Shown piece by piece: positions 63,882 to 64,000 of a stretch of DNA of 64,000 nucleotides. The notes under the pieces are model-generated. The model was not told where the DNA came from, searched no databases, and saw only the letters and a program-made list of their open reading frames with translations. The number at the start of each line of letters is the position of its first letter. The first letter of the stretch is position 1. The DNA is taken from positions 42,762 to 106,761 of the forward strand of contig NW_027437449.1 in the NCBI RefSeq assembly GCF_964204645.1, read 5' to 3'. This stretch comes from Tubulanus polymorphus (Eukaryota; Animalia; Nemertea). The position numbers were made by a program, and so were the translations under genes.

Positions 63882-64000
63882 GGGTAGGGTTAGGGTTTGG
63901 GTTAGGGTTAGGGTTAGGGTTAGGGTTAGGGTAGGGTTGAGGGTTAAGGGGTAGGTTAGGGTTCGGGTTTAGGGTTAGGGTTAGGGTAGGTTAGTAGGAA
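62663..64000 (+). repeat. Telomere (TTAGGG)n
   Basis: About 1.3 kb of TTAGGG running to the window end. Confidence 0.99.

Noticed and set aside
63780-64000. Variant telomeric repeats at the extreme end
   Set aside because: Most likely low-coverage read errors at the contig end

Overview
This window is the terminal 64 kb of a metazoan chromosome arm, probably a marine invertebrate, ending in a (TTAGGG)n telomere. From proximal to distal it contains four zones. (1) An AT-rich, repeat-rich region with a minus-strand NACHT-LRR (NLR-like) gene, whose candidate upstream exons include a RHIM-like motif, plus minisatellites, MITEs and a solo hammerhead-ribozyme insert. (2) A ~28 kb subtelomeric mosaic of shuffled duplicated modules carrying RNF19 pseudo-exons and a polymorphic SINE. 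(3) From ~53967, a chain of retroelements, all with their 5' ends toward the telomere and separated by short TTAGGG runs. The chain has a 5'-truncated and a full-length Penelope-like element (PLE), five identical 337-bp tRNA-containing units, and a ~40-bp stub of a third variant. The PLE has an intact RT and GIY-YIG endonuclease, an SGNH-esterase ORF1, a minimal hammerhead at its 5' end and a U_UUA_AAC -1 frameshift joining ORF1 to ORF2. The tRNA-containing units share the PLE's degenerate-telomere 3' end. (4) The telomere. The main candidate novel system is a telomere-primed, endonuclease-positive PLE with a tRNA-containing non-autonomous partner, alternating with telomerase at the chromosome end. 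All analysis was by eye; no database searches were run.
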